Positions 38,070 to 48,180 of a DNA stretch of 64,000 bases are shown in pieces; position 1 is the first letter of the stretch, and each line of letters opens with the position of its first letter. The stretch spans positions 4,480,001 to 4,544,000 of the forward strand of contig OZ245842.1 in NCBI GenBank assembly GCA_965228895.1, read 5' to 3'. The notes below the pieces were generated by a model. The model did no database searches, was not told the DNA's origin, and saw only the letters and a program-made list of their open reading frames with translations. Position numbers and translations under genes: made by a program. The stretch comes from Alphaproteobacteria bacterium (lineage in GTDB: Bacteria; Pseudomonadota; Alphaproteobacteria; SP197).

Positions 38070-38777
38070 TCAGCTTGCTTTGGCGGCGTCCTTGTAAGCC
38101 TTCTTTAGCTTGTCGAGCGTGAAGCCTGGTTTCTGGCAGGCATCAAGAATGACCGCCTCGCGGCGCGCCTGAAGGTCGGCGGTCTTGACGACGTCGCGCG
38201 CGACGTCGTCTGGAATGACAACCGCGCCATGACAATCGGCATGCACGAGGTCGCCATCGCGCACCACCATGCCCAGCACGTTGACGTCGACGGCAAAGTC
38301 GACGAGATGCACGTGGGCATGCGACGGGCCGACCAGCCCGGCAATAGCTTGGAAATCGTCGGCAAACATGTCGAGATCGCGGATGCTGCCGTTGGTCACC
38401 GTTCCCAGACAGCCAAACGCCTTGTGGATGTTGGAGTTAACCTCGCCCCAGAACGCGCCGAAGCCGGCTTGCGCGCCATCCAGATCCTGCACCACGCTGA
38501 TCGCCGGTTTCGGGCCCTTGTCCAGGTAGGCCCAATAACCATGACGTTGGTCGAGCGCCTGTTTTGCCGTTGCCGATGACGGTTCCTTCGCCCGGCAGGT
38601 GGCCGTCTTGGCATAGCCGACGATGGGCTTCATCTGAGGCCGCAAACAGAAGAACGGCTCGACGATGAAACCCTTCGACTGGTAGTCGGGTGCCAGAATG
38701 TCGAGTGTGTTGCAGATGGTCGGCGTGTCGATCTCGGTGAGCGCGGCAAGCTCTTTGGCGTTCAAGCGTTTGGTCAT
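38070..38777 (-). CDS. RraA/HMG aldolase family protein
   Basis: DTPTICN, AFWGEVN, TNGSIRD, GDLVHADCHGAVVIP. Confidence 0.85.
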   Translation of the reverse strand: MTKRLNAKELAALTEIDTPTICNTLDILAPDYQSKGFIVEPFFCLRPQMKPIVGYAKTATCRAKEPSSATAKQALDQRHGYWAYLDKGPKPAISVVQDLDGAQAGFGAFWGEVNSNIHKAFGCLGTVTNGSIRDLDMFADDFQAIAGLVGPSHAHVHLVDFAVDVNVLGMVVRDGDLVHADCHGAVVIPDDVARDVVKTADLQARREAVILDACQKPGFTLDKLKKAYKDAAKAS

Positions 38778-38840
38778 AGCGGTTCCCTGTGCGGCTGAGT
38801 TGGCGAACTTAGAGCATGTCTTCGCGCGATGGCACAAACG

Positions 38841-40076
38841 TCATGCAGGACAAGGCAGAATGTCGAACGGAAACTTGCCGCCCAGATTACGTGCGCCCGT
38901 CTTTTCGATGACAAACGTATCGATCAGGCCGGTGTTCCACAGCGTCTCGAAGTTGCCGACGAAGCCCTCCTCCCACACGACATCGTCGGGCGGGTCTTCG
39001 TCATAGGAGAAGTTGAACTCGTCGACCCAGTCGGGCGGCAGGGCGATGCCGAGTTCGTAGCCGATGCACCAGCCAGGCGTACCGGCCATGCCGACGTCTT
39101 TGTAGTAGCGGCGTAGCTCCGCGTTGACCTCGCGTACCGGCCTGTCCGCGCGCGCTTCCTTGGCGAACACGTCCCACGACCCCGCCGACTTCTTGTACCA
39201 GTCGCACAGGTCGGCCGGCGGCTCGCCCACCCAATAGCCGCGCAGCAGATTGCCGTGATAGCGGAAATAGACACCGCAGGCATCGATCTTCACATGTTCG
39301 TTCGCCTGGATGACGCGGCGGCGCGGCATCTGGTGGCCGCCGATCGTGTTGCCGGATTGAATCATGATCGGGATGGCCGAGAGTTCGCCACCGGCATGGT
39401 GCATGGCATGCGCCATTTCAGCCTCGACGTCGAGTTCGGTGACGCCCGGCTTTATGGTGCGCCTTGCCGCCTCGTGCCCGAGCGCGCAGATTACCATGGC
39501 CCGCTCGATATGGGCGATCTCGGCCGGCGACTTCACGCGCCGCGCGTGACGCAGGATCATGCTGGCGTCGACGACGTCGCAGCCGGCGTCGCGGAACGCC
39601 GCCTCGATGGATTCGCTGACCAGTCGGTTCGGCTGGAAGCTGCGCATCTCAAGCCCAACCCGTGTGCCCTGCTTGATCAGGCCGCTTTTCCGAAGCTCGC
39701 GCACGATGAACGGTGGCTGGCCTTCGGGGCTGCGGTCATCGAAGAAACGTATGTCTCGGACAACCGAGGTCTTGTAGAGCAGCGGGTCCTCGCCAATGGC
39801 GTCGAAATGAATCGGCTCGTCCCAGTCTTGCGCCAGCGCCGTGCCCAAACACGCACCCCAGTTGGACGGCGCGTGGGTGCGGTACCATGCCGCGAAGTAC
39901 CCATGCAGCCAGCACATATGCGCGGGCGACGTGGCATAAAGGATGTCGATCCCATCGGCCGCCATCATGGCTTTCGCCTTGGCCCAGCGAGCCTCGTATT
40001 CGCTGCGGTGAAACGCCAGTTCGACCGCTTCGGCTGTCGCACGGTCGAAACTTCCGGACACCCGCGGCTGCGCCAT
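38841..40076 (-). CDS. M24/creatinase-fold hydrolase (ectoine hydrolase DoeA/EutD-like)
   Basis: EYEARW, RRVKSPAEI, IKPGVTE, GYELGIALPPDW; canonical metal ligands are incomplete. Confidence 0.75.
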   Translation of the reverse strand: MAQPRVSGSFDRATAEAVELAFHRSEYEARWAKAKAMMAADGIDILYATSPAHMCWLHGYFAAWYRTHAPSNWGACLGTALAQDWDEPIHFDAIGEDPLLYKTSVVRDIRFFDDRSPEGQPPFIVRELRKSGLIKQGTRVGLEMRSFQPNRLVSESIEAAFRDAGCDVVDASMILRHARRVKSPAEIAHIERAMVICALGHEAARRTIKPGVTELDVEAEMAHAMHHAGGELSAIPIMIQSGNTIGGHQMPRRRVIQANEHVKIDACGVYFRYHGNLLRGYWVGEPPADLCDWYKKSAGSWDVFAKEARADRPVREVNAELRRYYKDVGMAGTPGWCIGYELGIALPPDWVDEFNFSYDEDPPDDVVWEEGFVGNFETLWNTGLIDTFVIEKTGARNLGGKFPFDILPCPA

Positions 40077-40212
40077 GCCATTCACTCCCACGTTGATCGG
40101 ACAGGCCGCTAACGCAGCACAGGCCCGCACGGGCGGCAAGTCCCGATGGCCGCCTTGACAGACCCGCGCAGTTCCCGTGAGGTCAGCGCACATAATCAGG
40201 GAGCGGAAGACC

Positions 40213-41643
40213 ATGACCGAGTGGTGGCGGAAGACGGCTGGAGAACTGGCGACGGCGATCGCCGCGAAGAAGGTCAGCGCCGAGGAGGTCATGGAAAGCC
40301 ATCTCGACCGCGTCGACCAGGTGAACGGCAAGCTGAACGCCATCACGGTCAGAATGGACGAGGAGGCCCGCGCCGGCGCGCGCGCCGCCGATGCGGCGAT
40401 CGCCGCGGGCGAGTCTCTGGGTCCGCTGCACGGCGTGCCCGTCACGATCAAGGAGAACGTCGACCAGAAGGGCTACGCCACCACCAACGGCGTCGAGGCC
40501 TTTGTCGAGGTTGTCGCCGATGACGATTCGCCTGTCGTCGCCAATCTACGCAAGGCGGGCGCCATTCCCATGGGCCGCACCAACACACCGGAGTTCTCAC
40601 TGCGCTACTTCACCGACAACATCCTGCGCGGTCTGACCCATAATCCCTGGGCCAAGGACCTGACGCCTGGCGGCTCCTCCGGCGGCGCCGGCGCGGCGGT
40701 CGCGTCGGGCATGGGCTCGATTGGCCACGGCAACGACTTGGGTGGCTCCGTGCGCTATCCGGCCTACGCTTGCGGCATCGTCGGTATCCGACCATCCATG
40801 GGCCGGGTGCCCGCCTTCAACCCAACCCAGACCGAGGAGCGGCCGCCGACCATCCAGCTCATGAGTGTTCAGGGACCCCACTGCCGCAACGTCGCCGACA
40901 CGCGCCTGGCGCTGGCCGCCATGGCAGCGCGCGATCCGCGCGATCCCTGGTGGGTGCCCGCACCGCTTGACGATGCCGCGCCCCGCACGCCGCGCCGCGC
41001 CGCCATCTGCGCCGACCCCGGCGGCGTGGGCGTCGACAAGGATGTGGCGGACGCGGTGCGCAAGGCAGGCGACGCGCTTGCCAACGCGGGTTATGACGTC
41101 AAGGAGATCGACGGGCCGGACATCATGATTGCGGCCCGCCTTTGGATGCAGCTCCTGATGACGGAAGCCGGCATCATGATGGAGCCGGCGATCCGCAACT
41201 ATGGCAGCGACAAGATCAACCGGGTCTACGACCTCTATCAAGAAAGCCAGCCGGCGTTCTTCGGCAACGACGCGCCGGATCAGAGCCTGGAAGGTTACCT
41301 GCGCGCACTTGCCGCCCGTGCCGGCGTGGTACGCGATTGGACGATGTTCCTGGAGGAGCACGATCTGTTTGTCGGTCCGGTCTCATGCGAACCGCCGTTC
41401 AAGATCGGCGCCGACGAGACGTCCGCCGCGCGCACCGCCGAGATCTGGCGCGCCAACCGGCTGACCTATGGCATGAACCTGACCGGCCTGCCCTCCGCCG
41501 CCGTGCCGACCGGGCCGGTCGAGGGCGTGCCCATGGGTGTTCAGATTATCGCCCAGCGTTATCGCGAAGACCTGGCGCTCGATGCCGCGCAAGCGGTCGA
41601 AGACGCCTGCGGTATCGCGACACCGATCGATCCAGCCTGGTAG
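40213..41643 (+). CDS. Amidase (amidase signature family)
   Basis: GPLHGVPVTIKEN, GRTNTPEF, PGGSSGG, GNDLGGSVRYPA. Confidence 0.93.
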   Translation: MTEWWRKTAGELATAIAAKKVSAEEVMESHLDRVDQVNGKLNAITVRMDEEARAGARAADAAIAAGESLGPLHGVPVTIKENVDQKGYATTNGVEAFVEVVADDDSPVVANLRKAGAIPMGRTNTPEFSLRYFTDNILRGLTHNPWAKDLTPGGSSGGAGAAVASGMGSIGHGNDLGGSVRYPAYACGIVGIRPSMGRVPAFNPTQTEERPPTIQLMSVQGPHCRNVADTRLALAAMAARDPRDPWWVPAPLDDAAPRTPRRAAICADPGGVGVDKDVADAVRKAGDALANAGYDVKEIDGPDIMIAARLWMQLLMTEAGIMMEPAIRNYGSDKINRVYDLYQESQPAFFGNDAPDQSLEGYLRALAARAGVVRDWTMFLEEHDLFVGPVSCEPPFKIGADETSAARTAEIWRANRLTYGMNLTGLPSAAVPTGPVEGVPMGVQIIAQRYREDLALDAAQAVEDACGIATPIDPAW

Positions 41644-41649
41644 AGGACT

Positions 41650-42834
41650 TTATTCGGCAGCCGTCGCCTGTGACGGCTTACGGTCCGCGGCCAGGGTGCG
41701 CGCCAGATACTTCGAGAACTGGGCGACCGTCCCTTCGAAGTGGGATAGCGGGCCGCGGGCGGCCTTGCGCGAGCGCATGACCTTGGCGAGCTCTGTCGTC
41801 GCCAGCGCATCCTCCTCGTTAACCTTGGCGATGAGGTCACGGCGCTGGTCGGCGATATCAGGGTTGTCGGCGACAACCTCATTCCACACGAGATAACCGC
41901 CCAGGACCTTCGTCTTCTCGACACCGTCCGGGCGGAACGACAGCCAGTTGTTGGTGCCCGGCCGCATCGCCATGGTGAACGCCGGGAAGACATAGACCAT
42001 GTACCCGGTCTCGAGCTCTTCTTGCGTCAGTCCTGAGAGGTCGCCGACCGGATTCATCGCATGCGTCTTGCCGCCCAGGAACGCGTCGCCCATGCGGCAA
42101 CGTTCGTGGGTGAATGAGTTATCAGTCGCCGGGTTCTCGGGAATATAGGTTCCCTTCGCCGGCATCTGGACGCCCACCGTGTCGGCATGCAGGCCGATGT
42201 GGTGGTAGTACTCCATGGAGTTTTCGGCGCTGAGTTTCCAGTTGCCGTTCCACGTGGTCTCGTAATGGAAGATCTCCGTCTGATCGGCGATGCGGTAGTT
42301 GGCCGATGCCTTCTCCATCGACGCCATGACCGGTTGCAGCGGTTCGGCGTCGTCATCCAGATTGACGAACAGAAAACCCATCCAGTTGTCGAGACGATAC
42401 TCTGGCAAACTGCACGCCTTTTTATCGAACGCCGCCGAGCCCTCCATGTGCGGGGCGGCGACCAGCCGGCCGTCGGTGCCGTAGACCCAGGCGTGATAGG
42501 GGCAGACGAAGCGTTTGGTGTTGCCGCGGTCCTGCACCACCGGCATGTATCGGTGACGGCACACGCTGTTCAAAGCGCGCACCCGCCCGTCGGTGCCGCG
42601 CACGATGATCACCGGCTCGCCCATCACATCGATGGTGTAGTAGTCGCCGGGTTCGGGCACATATTCGTCGCGGCCGACACACAACCACGACTTCTCGAAG
42701 ATCTCGCGAACCTCCAGCGCGTGTAGATCAGGATCGAGGTAGGCCTCGCGCGGCAGCGACCAGCACGCATTGTCCGGTGTCGTCAAATAGGCGCCGAGAT
42801 CATCGAGCAGGTCGTCGAGGGACTTTACCATCAC
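41650..42834 (-). CDS. Rieske oxygenase alpha subunit
   Basis: CRHR...CPYHAW; ENSMEYYHHIGLH; NEED. Confidence 0.9.
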   Translation of the reverse strand: MMVKSLDDLLDDLGAYLTTPDNACWSLPREAYLDPDLHALEVREIFEKSWLCVGRDEYVPEPGDYYTIDVMGEPVIIVRGTDGRVRALNSVCRHRYMPVVQDRGNTKRFVCPYHAWVYGTDGRLVAAPHMEGSAAFDKKACSLPEYRLDNWMGFLFVNLDDDAEPLQPVMASMEKASANYRIADQTEIFHYETTWNGNWKLSAENSMEYYHHIGLHADTVGVQMPAKGTYIPENPATDNSFTHERCRMGDAFLGGKTHAMNPVGDLSGLTQEELETGYMVYVFPAFTMAMRPGTNNWLSFRPDGVEKTKVLGGYLVWNEVVADNPDIADQRRDLIAKVNEEDALATTELAKVMRSRKAARGPLSHFEGTVAQFSKYLARTLAADRKPSQATAAE

Positions 42835-44099
42835 TAGGCGCAGGTTGCCGCGTTGTCGGCGACCGGTTTGCCGCCCATACGGCCGAGATACCAGGCAACG
42901 AAACCGATCGTGCCGCGTTCCCTCAGCGAATAGACGCCGGGCTCATAGCGGCGCGAGTTCACGCCGAGCTGGTTGTCGCCGATGATCTTGGTGTCCTCGA
43001 CCGTGGTCACGTCCCACATCCACACCAAACGATCGAGGTCGAAGTCTTTGTCCTCGATCGCGTCGTCACGGACCAGCCAACTGACCAGCACATCGGTGTG
43101 GGTTGGCGTGACCGGCGTAAAGCGGAACAGCGTCGCGTGGTCGTTGGCCAGATAGACATAGGTCAGCGGGCCGAAGATCAGCAGCGTCTCACCGCCATCC
43201 CATTGTTTGAGGTCACCCATCAGCGGCGCTACCGGTTGGCCGTCCTCCGACAGCGTGACGTAGCCGTCGCGGATCGGCTGGCGGAAGACGCCATAGGGCT
43301 GCTTCTGGTTCTGCCCCTCGCCCCACGGCCGCAAACCGCGCGTGACGTGTCCCTTGGCTTCCCACTCGGCGGCCCATGCCTCGACAACCTTGTCACGCGC
43401 AGGCCGGTCGCGGTTGCCGTCGTTCACATAGGCATTGACCATGGTGTACTCGGGGTGCGCGGGCGCACAGTGATAACACTCGCGGAAGTTCTCGACCGCC
43501 AGCTTCCAGTTGCCATCGGTCGGATAACGCTTGATCGCCACGACCTTCGCGGCGTCAAGCCGGTAGGGTTCCATAAACGGCGCGAACGCCTGTTCCATTT
43601 CCGAAAAGTCGATGACGTCGGGGTCGTCGTCATCCGCCAGGTTGATGAAGATCATGCCCTGCCAGACGCGGACCTGACAGCGGTGTAAGGGCCAGGCGGC
43701 GGGATCGAAGTCATCGGGCATCTGCGTCGCGCGCATCAGCTCGCCTTCCAGGTTCCAGACCCAGGCGTGATAGGGACAGGTCAGCGTGCGGACATTGTCC
43801 TTTTCCTTAAGGCAGATACGGCTGCCGCGATGGCGGCAGACGTTGAAGAAGGCCCGCACCTCCTTATCCCGCCCACGCACCAGAATGATGGACTCACCGG
43901 CGATCTCATAGGTGATGACGTCGCCGGGGCTCGGGATCGCCGACACATGGTCGACGAAAAGCCACTGCTTGGCGACGATACGCTCGAGATCGCGCTCAAA
44001 GATCGACGGATCCGTATAGAACGGCTGTTCCAACGACATGCCCGGCGTTTGGCGGGCGACCAAGTCTTCCAGCGACAGCGCAGGTTCGATCGACATCAC
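42834..44099 (-). CDS. Rieske oxygenase alpha subunit (glycine betaine/stachydrine N-demethylase-like)
   Basis: NVCRHRGS...CPYHAW, ENFRECYHCAPAHPE, WDVTT.ED...NQ.GVNS..Y.PG.Y as in GbcA/Stc2-type enzymes. Confidence 0.88.
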   Translation of the reverse strand: MMSIEPALSLEDLVARQTPGMSLEQPFYTDPSIFERDLERIVAKQWLFVDHVSAIPSPGDVITYEIAGESIILVRGRDKEVRAFFNVCRHRGSRICLKEKDNVRTLTCPYHAWVWNLEGELMRATQMPDDFDPAAWPLHRCQVRVWQGMIFINLADDDDPDVIDFSEMEQAFAPFMEPYRLDAAKVVAIKRYPTDGNWKLAVENFRECYHCAPAHPEYTMVNAYVNDGNRDRPARDKVVEAWAAEWEAKGHVTRGLRPWGEGQNQKQPYGVFRQPIRDGYVTLSEDGQPVAPLMGDLKQWDGGETLLIFGPLTYVYLANDHATLFRFTPVTPTHTDVLVSWLVRDDAIEDKDFDLDRLVWMWDVTTVEDTKIIGDNQLGVNSRRYEPGVYSLRERGTIGFVAWYLGRMGGKPVADNAATCA

Positions 44100-44191
44100 G
44101 GACCTCCACGAGCCATTTCCCGCGCACTTTCCCGCCGCATGGGGGCGGTCGTCAACAACAATGACAGGTACGAAGACCCGGAATCGTTAGG

Positions 44192-44803
44192 TCAGCGCTC
44201 GGCGAGCGCGAGGCGCAACCCCAACCCGGCAAAGGCGGCCGCGAAGCCGCGCCGGATAACCAGCATCACGGTCGGGCGCTCAACGATGTAATAGCGCGCG
44301 TAGGCAGCAAGCAGGCCATAGGCGACAAAGACAACGAAGGTCAGCGCCATGAAGACCAGGGCCAACGTCACCATGTGCAGAGTCGGATGGGCGGCAACCG
44401 GATCGACGAACTGCGGCAGAAACGCCACAAAGAAGATCGAGAGCTTCGGGTTCAACAGATTGATGGCGATGCCGCGGCGCACGATCTGACCCATGCGCCG
44501 CTGTTTGCCCGCCTCACCGACGGTCAGGGCACCGCCTTCACGCCACGCGCTCCATGCGAGATAAAGGAGATAGGCAACGCCGGCATACCGGACGATGTCG
44601 AACGCGAGCGCACTGGTATGAACGATCGCGGCCAAGCCCAGAATAGATGCCGCGATATGGGGCACGATGCCGAGCGTGCAGCCAAAGGCTGCGTAGATAC
44701 TGGCCCGCCGGCCAAGGCCGATCCCGTTGGCAAGCGTATAGATCACACCGGTTCCAGGCGCGATCACGATCACCAACGCGGTCACCAAAAATTCCCAGCT
44801 CAT
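44192..44803 (-). CDS. LysE/RhtB family exporter
   Basis: APGTG, YAGVAYLLYLAW, NLLNPK..FF.AFLPQF. Confidence 0.9.
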   Translation of the reverse strand: MSWEFLVTALVIVIAPGTGVIYTLANGIGLGRRASIYAAFGCTLGIVPHIAASILGLAAIVHTSALAFDIVRYAGVAYLLYLAWSAWREGGALTVGEAGKQRRMGQIVRRGIAINLLNPKLSIFFVAFLPQFVDPVAAHPTLHMVTLALVFMALTFVVFVAYGLLAAYARYYIVERPTVMLVIRRGFAAAFAGLGLRLALAER

Positions 44804-44909
44804 AGGGTCGGCCTACCTTGGCTCCGGCGATCGGTCAATGGCCTAGCCCATCACAAGAACCAGCATGACCGTCTGGACACGCAGGCGGATTCAGGGAAAA
44901 CGGGGAACC

Positions 44910-46478
44910 TCAAACAGCATCGTCGCCAACGGCGGCCGCCAAGCGTTCGCAAAAGGTCTGCACCACCTTCAGTCGCGCAAAGCGTTTGTCGTTGCCTTCA
45001 ACCAGGGTCCAAGGCGCGACTGAAGTGCTGGTGTACTGCACCATGTCGTTGACCGCCTGTTCGTACTCGACCCATTGGTTTCGGTTGCGCCAGTCCTCTT
45101 CGGTCAGCTTCCAGCGCTTATAGGGCGTCTTTTCGCGCGCCTTGAAGCGGGAGAGTTGCTCGTTCTTGCTGATGTGGATCCAGTACTTGATCAGGACGAT
45201 GCCGTGATCGATCAGCTGCTCTTCGAAGTCGTTGATTTCGGCGTAGGAGCGTCGCCATTCGTCTTCGGTGGCGAAACCGTTAATGCGCTCGACCAGCACG
45301 CGGCCATACCACGACCGGTCGAACACCGTAACGAGACCGGCGCGCGGCAGCCGCCGCCAAAACCGCCAAAGATAGTGCTGCGCGTTCTCTTCATCGCTTG
45401 GTGCGGCGATACCGTGGACCTGCAGATTGCGGGCGTCGAGGCCTTCGTTGATCCGGCGGATGGCGCCGCCCTTACCGGCCGCGTCAGGCCCTTCGAACAC
45501 CAGGATGCTGGAGACCTTGTCGGCCTTTGCCTTCAGGTGCAGACGATGCAGTTCGGCCTGCTGCTCGACCAGTCGGCTGACGTAATCGTCCTTGTCGAGA
45601 CGCTTGGTCATGTCGAGCTGGCTCAGGATGGTAATCGACGTTGCCGCGTTGAAACCGGCGCCGTTGTTCTTCTTATGCGACGTGCCCGACTTGTCCTTGC
45701 CGTTCTTCTTGTTTTTGGTGTCCTGCTGAGCGGCTGCACAGGCGCCGGGAAGAATCCCGTCATCCACCTGACCCAACCGGCGTTCCAACGCATCGCGCAG
45801 GATGGTCGCCACGGTGATCGAGCGATAGTTCGCATCGGTGCCTTCGATCACCGTCCACGGCGCAATGCCCCGGTTGGTCCGCGTAATCACATGCTCGGCC
45901 GTATCGATGAACCGGTCGTAGAGGCGCCAGTTCTCCCAATCCCGCTCGGTGACGCGGGCCTTGGTCAACGGATCGCGTTCCAGGTTTTTAAGACGCTCTT
46001 CCTGGGCGCCATGGCTTAGATGCATCCAGAATTTCTGGATCTCCGCACCGTCGCGGGCGAGCGCCCGTTCAAAGCGCACGATGCGGGTCATCTCCTTCAG
46101 GAACGTCGCTTCGTCCATGGTGCCATGGGCGTGCTCGACAACCGGGCGGGAGTACCAAGCGCTCAGAAACATGCCGACGCGCCCGCGCGGCGGCAGGTCG
46201 CGCCAGTAACGCCAAAACTCCGGGCGCTGGTGTTCGTCGTCGGTCGCCTCGTCATAGGCGCGGGTGATCAGCCAGCGCGGGTCCATCCACTCGTTGAGCA
46301 GACTGACCGTCTCGCCCTTGCCACCGCCATCGACTCCGGCGAACACCAGGATGACCTGAAATTTCCGGCTCTTGCGCAGCTCATCCTGCAGCTCAAGGAG
46401 ATCCTGACGCATGGCGTCCGACGACTTCCGGAAGTCTTTCCGCGAAATCGCGCGCCCAAGCTCGGCCGTTTCAAACAT
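44910..46478 (-). CDS. pap: Polyphosphate:AMP phosphotransferase (two PPK2 domains)
   Basis: Two PPK2 P-loops (AGVDGGGKG, EGPDAAGKGG), FDRSWYGRVLVER, WKLTEEDWRNR. Confidence 0.92.
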   Translation of the reverse strand: MFETAELGRAISRKDFRKSSDAMRQDLLELQDELRKSRKFQVILVFAGVDGGGKGETVSLLNEWMDPRWLITRAYDEATDDEHQRPEFWRYWRDLPPRGRVGMFLSAWYSRPVVEHAHGTMDEATFLKEMTRIVRFERALARDGAEIQKFWMHLSHGAQEERLKNLERDPLTKARVTERDWENWRLYDRFIDTAEHVITRTNRGIAPWTVIEGTDANYRSITVATILRDALERRLGQVDDGILPGACAAAQQDTKNKKNGKDKSGTSHKKNNGAGFNAATSITILSQLDMTKRLDKDDYVSRLVEQQAELHRLHLKAKADKVSSILVFEGPDAAGKGGAIRRINEGLDARNLQVHGIAAPSDEENAQHYLWRFWRRLPRAGLVTVFDRSWYGRVLVERINGFATEDEWRRSYAEINDFEEQLIDHGIVLIKYWIHISKNEQLSRFKAREKTPYKRWKLTEEDWRNRNQWVEYEQAVNDMVQYTSTSVAPWTLVEGNDKRFARLKVVQTFCERLAAAVGDDAV

Positions 46479-46631
46479 GACGTTCCCCCGCGCGGGCGGG
46501 TCCTCCCGGGACGTCATCGCGCCCTGGGATCGGCCCGCCCGTCATTGAGACGTCATACTATAGCAAGATAAGGACGCTCCAGTTGACCTAGCTCAATGCG
46601 CGCCAAGCGATCGCACGCCAAGCGCGCGGAT

Positions 46632-47870
46632 TCATGACGCCAGACGCTCCAGGTACCAGCTGGCAAAGCTGCTGGAATAACTCTCCTGCGGCGCGTAGGG
46701 GCCCGGCAAATAGCGGGTCGAGTTCACGCCCTTCTGGTTGTCGATGATGATCTTGGTGTCCTCGATCGTCGTCACGTCCCACATCCACTTGAGGCGCTCG
46801 AGGTCATAGTCCTTTTCCTCAGCATCGGCACGCACATGCCAAGTGACGACCACATCGGAGTGGGTCGCGGAAACCGGCGTGAAGCGGAACATGCACAGAT
46901 GGTCGGCGCACAGATAGGCATAGGACAGCGCGCCGAAGGTGAACGCGGTCTCGCCGCCGTCCCAATCCGTGAGATTGCCGAGCAACGGCGCGACCGGTTT
47001 GCCGTCTTCGGATAGGGTGACATACCCCTCGCGGATTGGCTGGCGCCAATAGCCATAGGGCTGACGCCGGTCCGCGCTGCTGGTCTCGTCGTGACCAACC
47101 GGATGGCCGAGGGCGACCGTCTCCTTCTCCCACTCCTTGACTACCGGCTCATAGGTCTCCCAACCCTTATCGCTAGCGCGCACATAGGCGTTGACCATGG
47201 TGTATTCGGGATGGGCGGGGATGCAGTGGTAACACTCCCGGAAGTTGTCGACGACAAGCTTCCAGTTGGCTGCCGTTGGATAGACCTCGCGATGCACGAT
47301 CTTGGTGTCCTCCAGGCGTTGGAGCACAACAAAGCGCTCGAGGTCGTCGGCCATGTCGTCGAACGACGCGACGTCGGGGTCACCTTCCGCCGCCATGCAA
47401 ATGAAAATCAGGCCGTGCCAGACGCGCACCTGACACTTGTGCAGCGGGAACTTGCCCTTGTCGAAATCGTCGGGCATGCCGCGCGCGCCGACCAGCTTGC
47501 CGTCGAGGTCATAGACCCAGGCGTGATAGGGGCAGGTCAACGTCCTGACATTGCCGGATTCCTTCAGGCAGATATGGCTGCCGCGATGGCGGCACACGTT
47601 GAAGAACGCGTTGACGGCGCCGTCCTTGCCGCGCACGACGATGATCGATTCCTTGCCGATGTTGTAGAGCAGGAAGTCGCCCTTGTTCGGGATCTCCGAG
47701 GTGTGATCGACATAAATCCATGACTTGCCGACGATCTTCTGCAGGTCGCGCTCGAAGATGTCGGGGTCGCAATAGAACGGCTGCTCCAGGGTGAACCCCG
47801 GCTTCTGCCGCTTGATGAGGTCCTCAAAGGACACAACGCCGCCGCCATTGTGCATCGCCGTCGCCTCCAC
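46632..47870 (-). CDS. Rieske oxygenase alpha subunit (GbcA/Stc2-like), paralog of 42834..44099
   Basis: NVCRHRGS...CPYHAW, DNFRECYHCIPAHPEYTMVNAYV, WMWDVTTIEDTKII. Confidence 0.88.
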   Translation of the reverse strand: MEATAMHNGGGVVSFEDLIKRQKPGFTLEQPFYCDPDIFERDLQKIVGKSWIYVDHTSEIPNKGDFLLYNIGKESIIVVRGKDGAVNAFFNVCRHRGSHICLKESGNVRTLTCPYHAWVYDLDGKLVGARGMPDDFDKGKFPLHKCQVRVWHGLIFICMAAEGDPDVASFDDMADDLERFVVLQRLEDTKIVHREVYPTAANWKLVVDNFRECYHCIPAHPEYTMVNAYVRASDKGWETYEPVVKEWEKETVALGHPVGHDETSSADRRQPYGYWRQPIREGYVTLSEDGKPVAPLLGNLTDWDGGETAFTFGALSYAYLCADHLCMFRFTPVSATHSDVVVTWHVRADAEEKDYDLERLKWMWDVTTIEDTKIIIDNQKGVNSTRYLPGPYAPQESYSSSFASWYLERLAS

Positions 47871-48180
47871 GAAAAATGTCTGTAAGGGGCGGGAAACCTA
47901 GCGCTTTCGGCACTTCGGCGGCAAGCGAGATTCATTCATGCCTGACATAACCTCATTTATCTGATGGGTTGATCGGCGGCTCGGCCCGACCGGTCGAGAC
48001 CCTGCCAATCGCACAGGACGTGCGGAATCGGCTGCGCCATGCGGGAAGGGAACCGCCGGATTGGGCGCGCCGCTTCTTCGCTCATCGTCGCGGTTGCTCG
48101 CGTTGACGGTCGCAAGGGTCAAATCGATGGCCAGTCCGGCATGCTCCTTCGACCGGCAAGCCGTGCTAGCCTTGGACTCG

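Noticed and set aside
38778-38843. The TGA ending the M24 hydrolase is in frame with the RraA gene and would read U-R-L-C
   Set aside because: The nearby hairpin loop (CATC) lacks G and is too close to the UGA. RraA has its own RBS and both proteins look complete, so this is probably chance.
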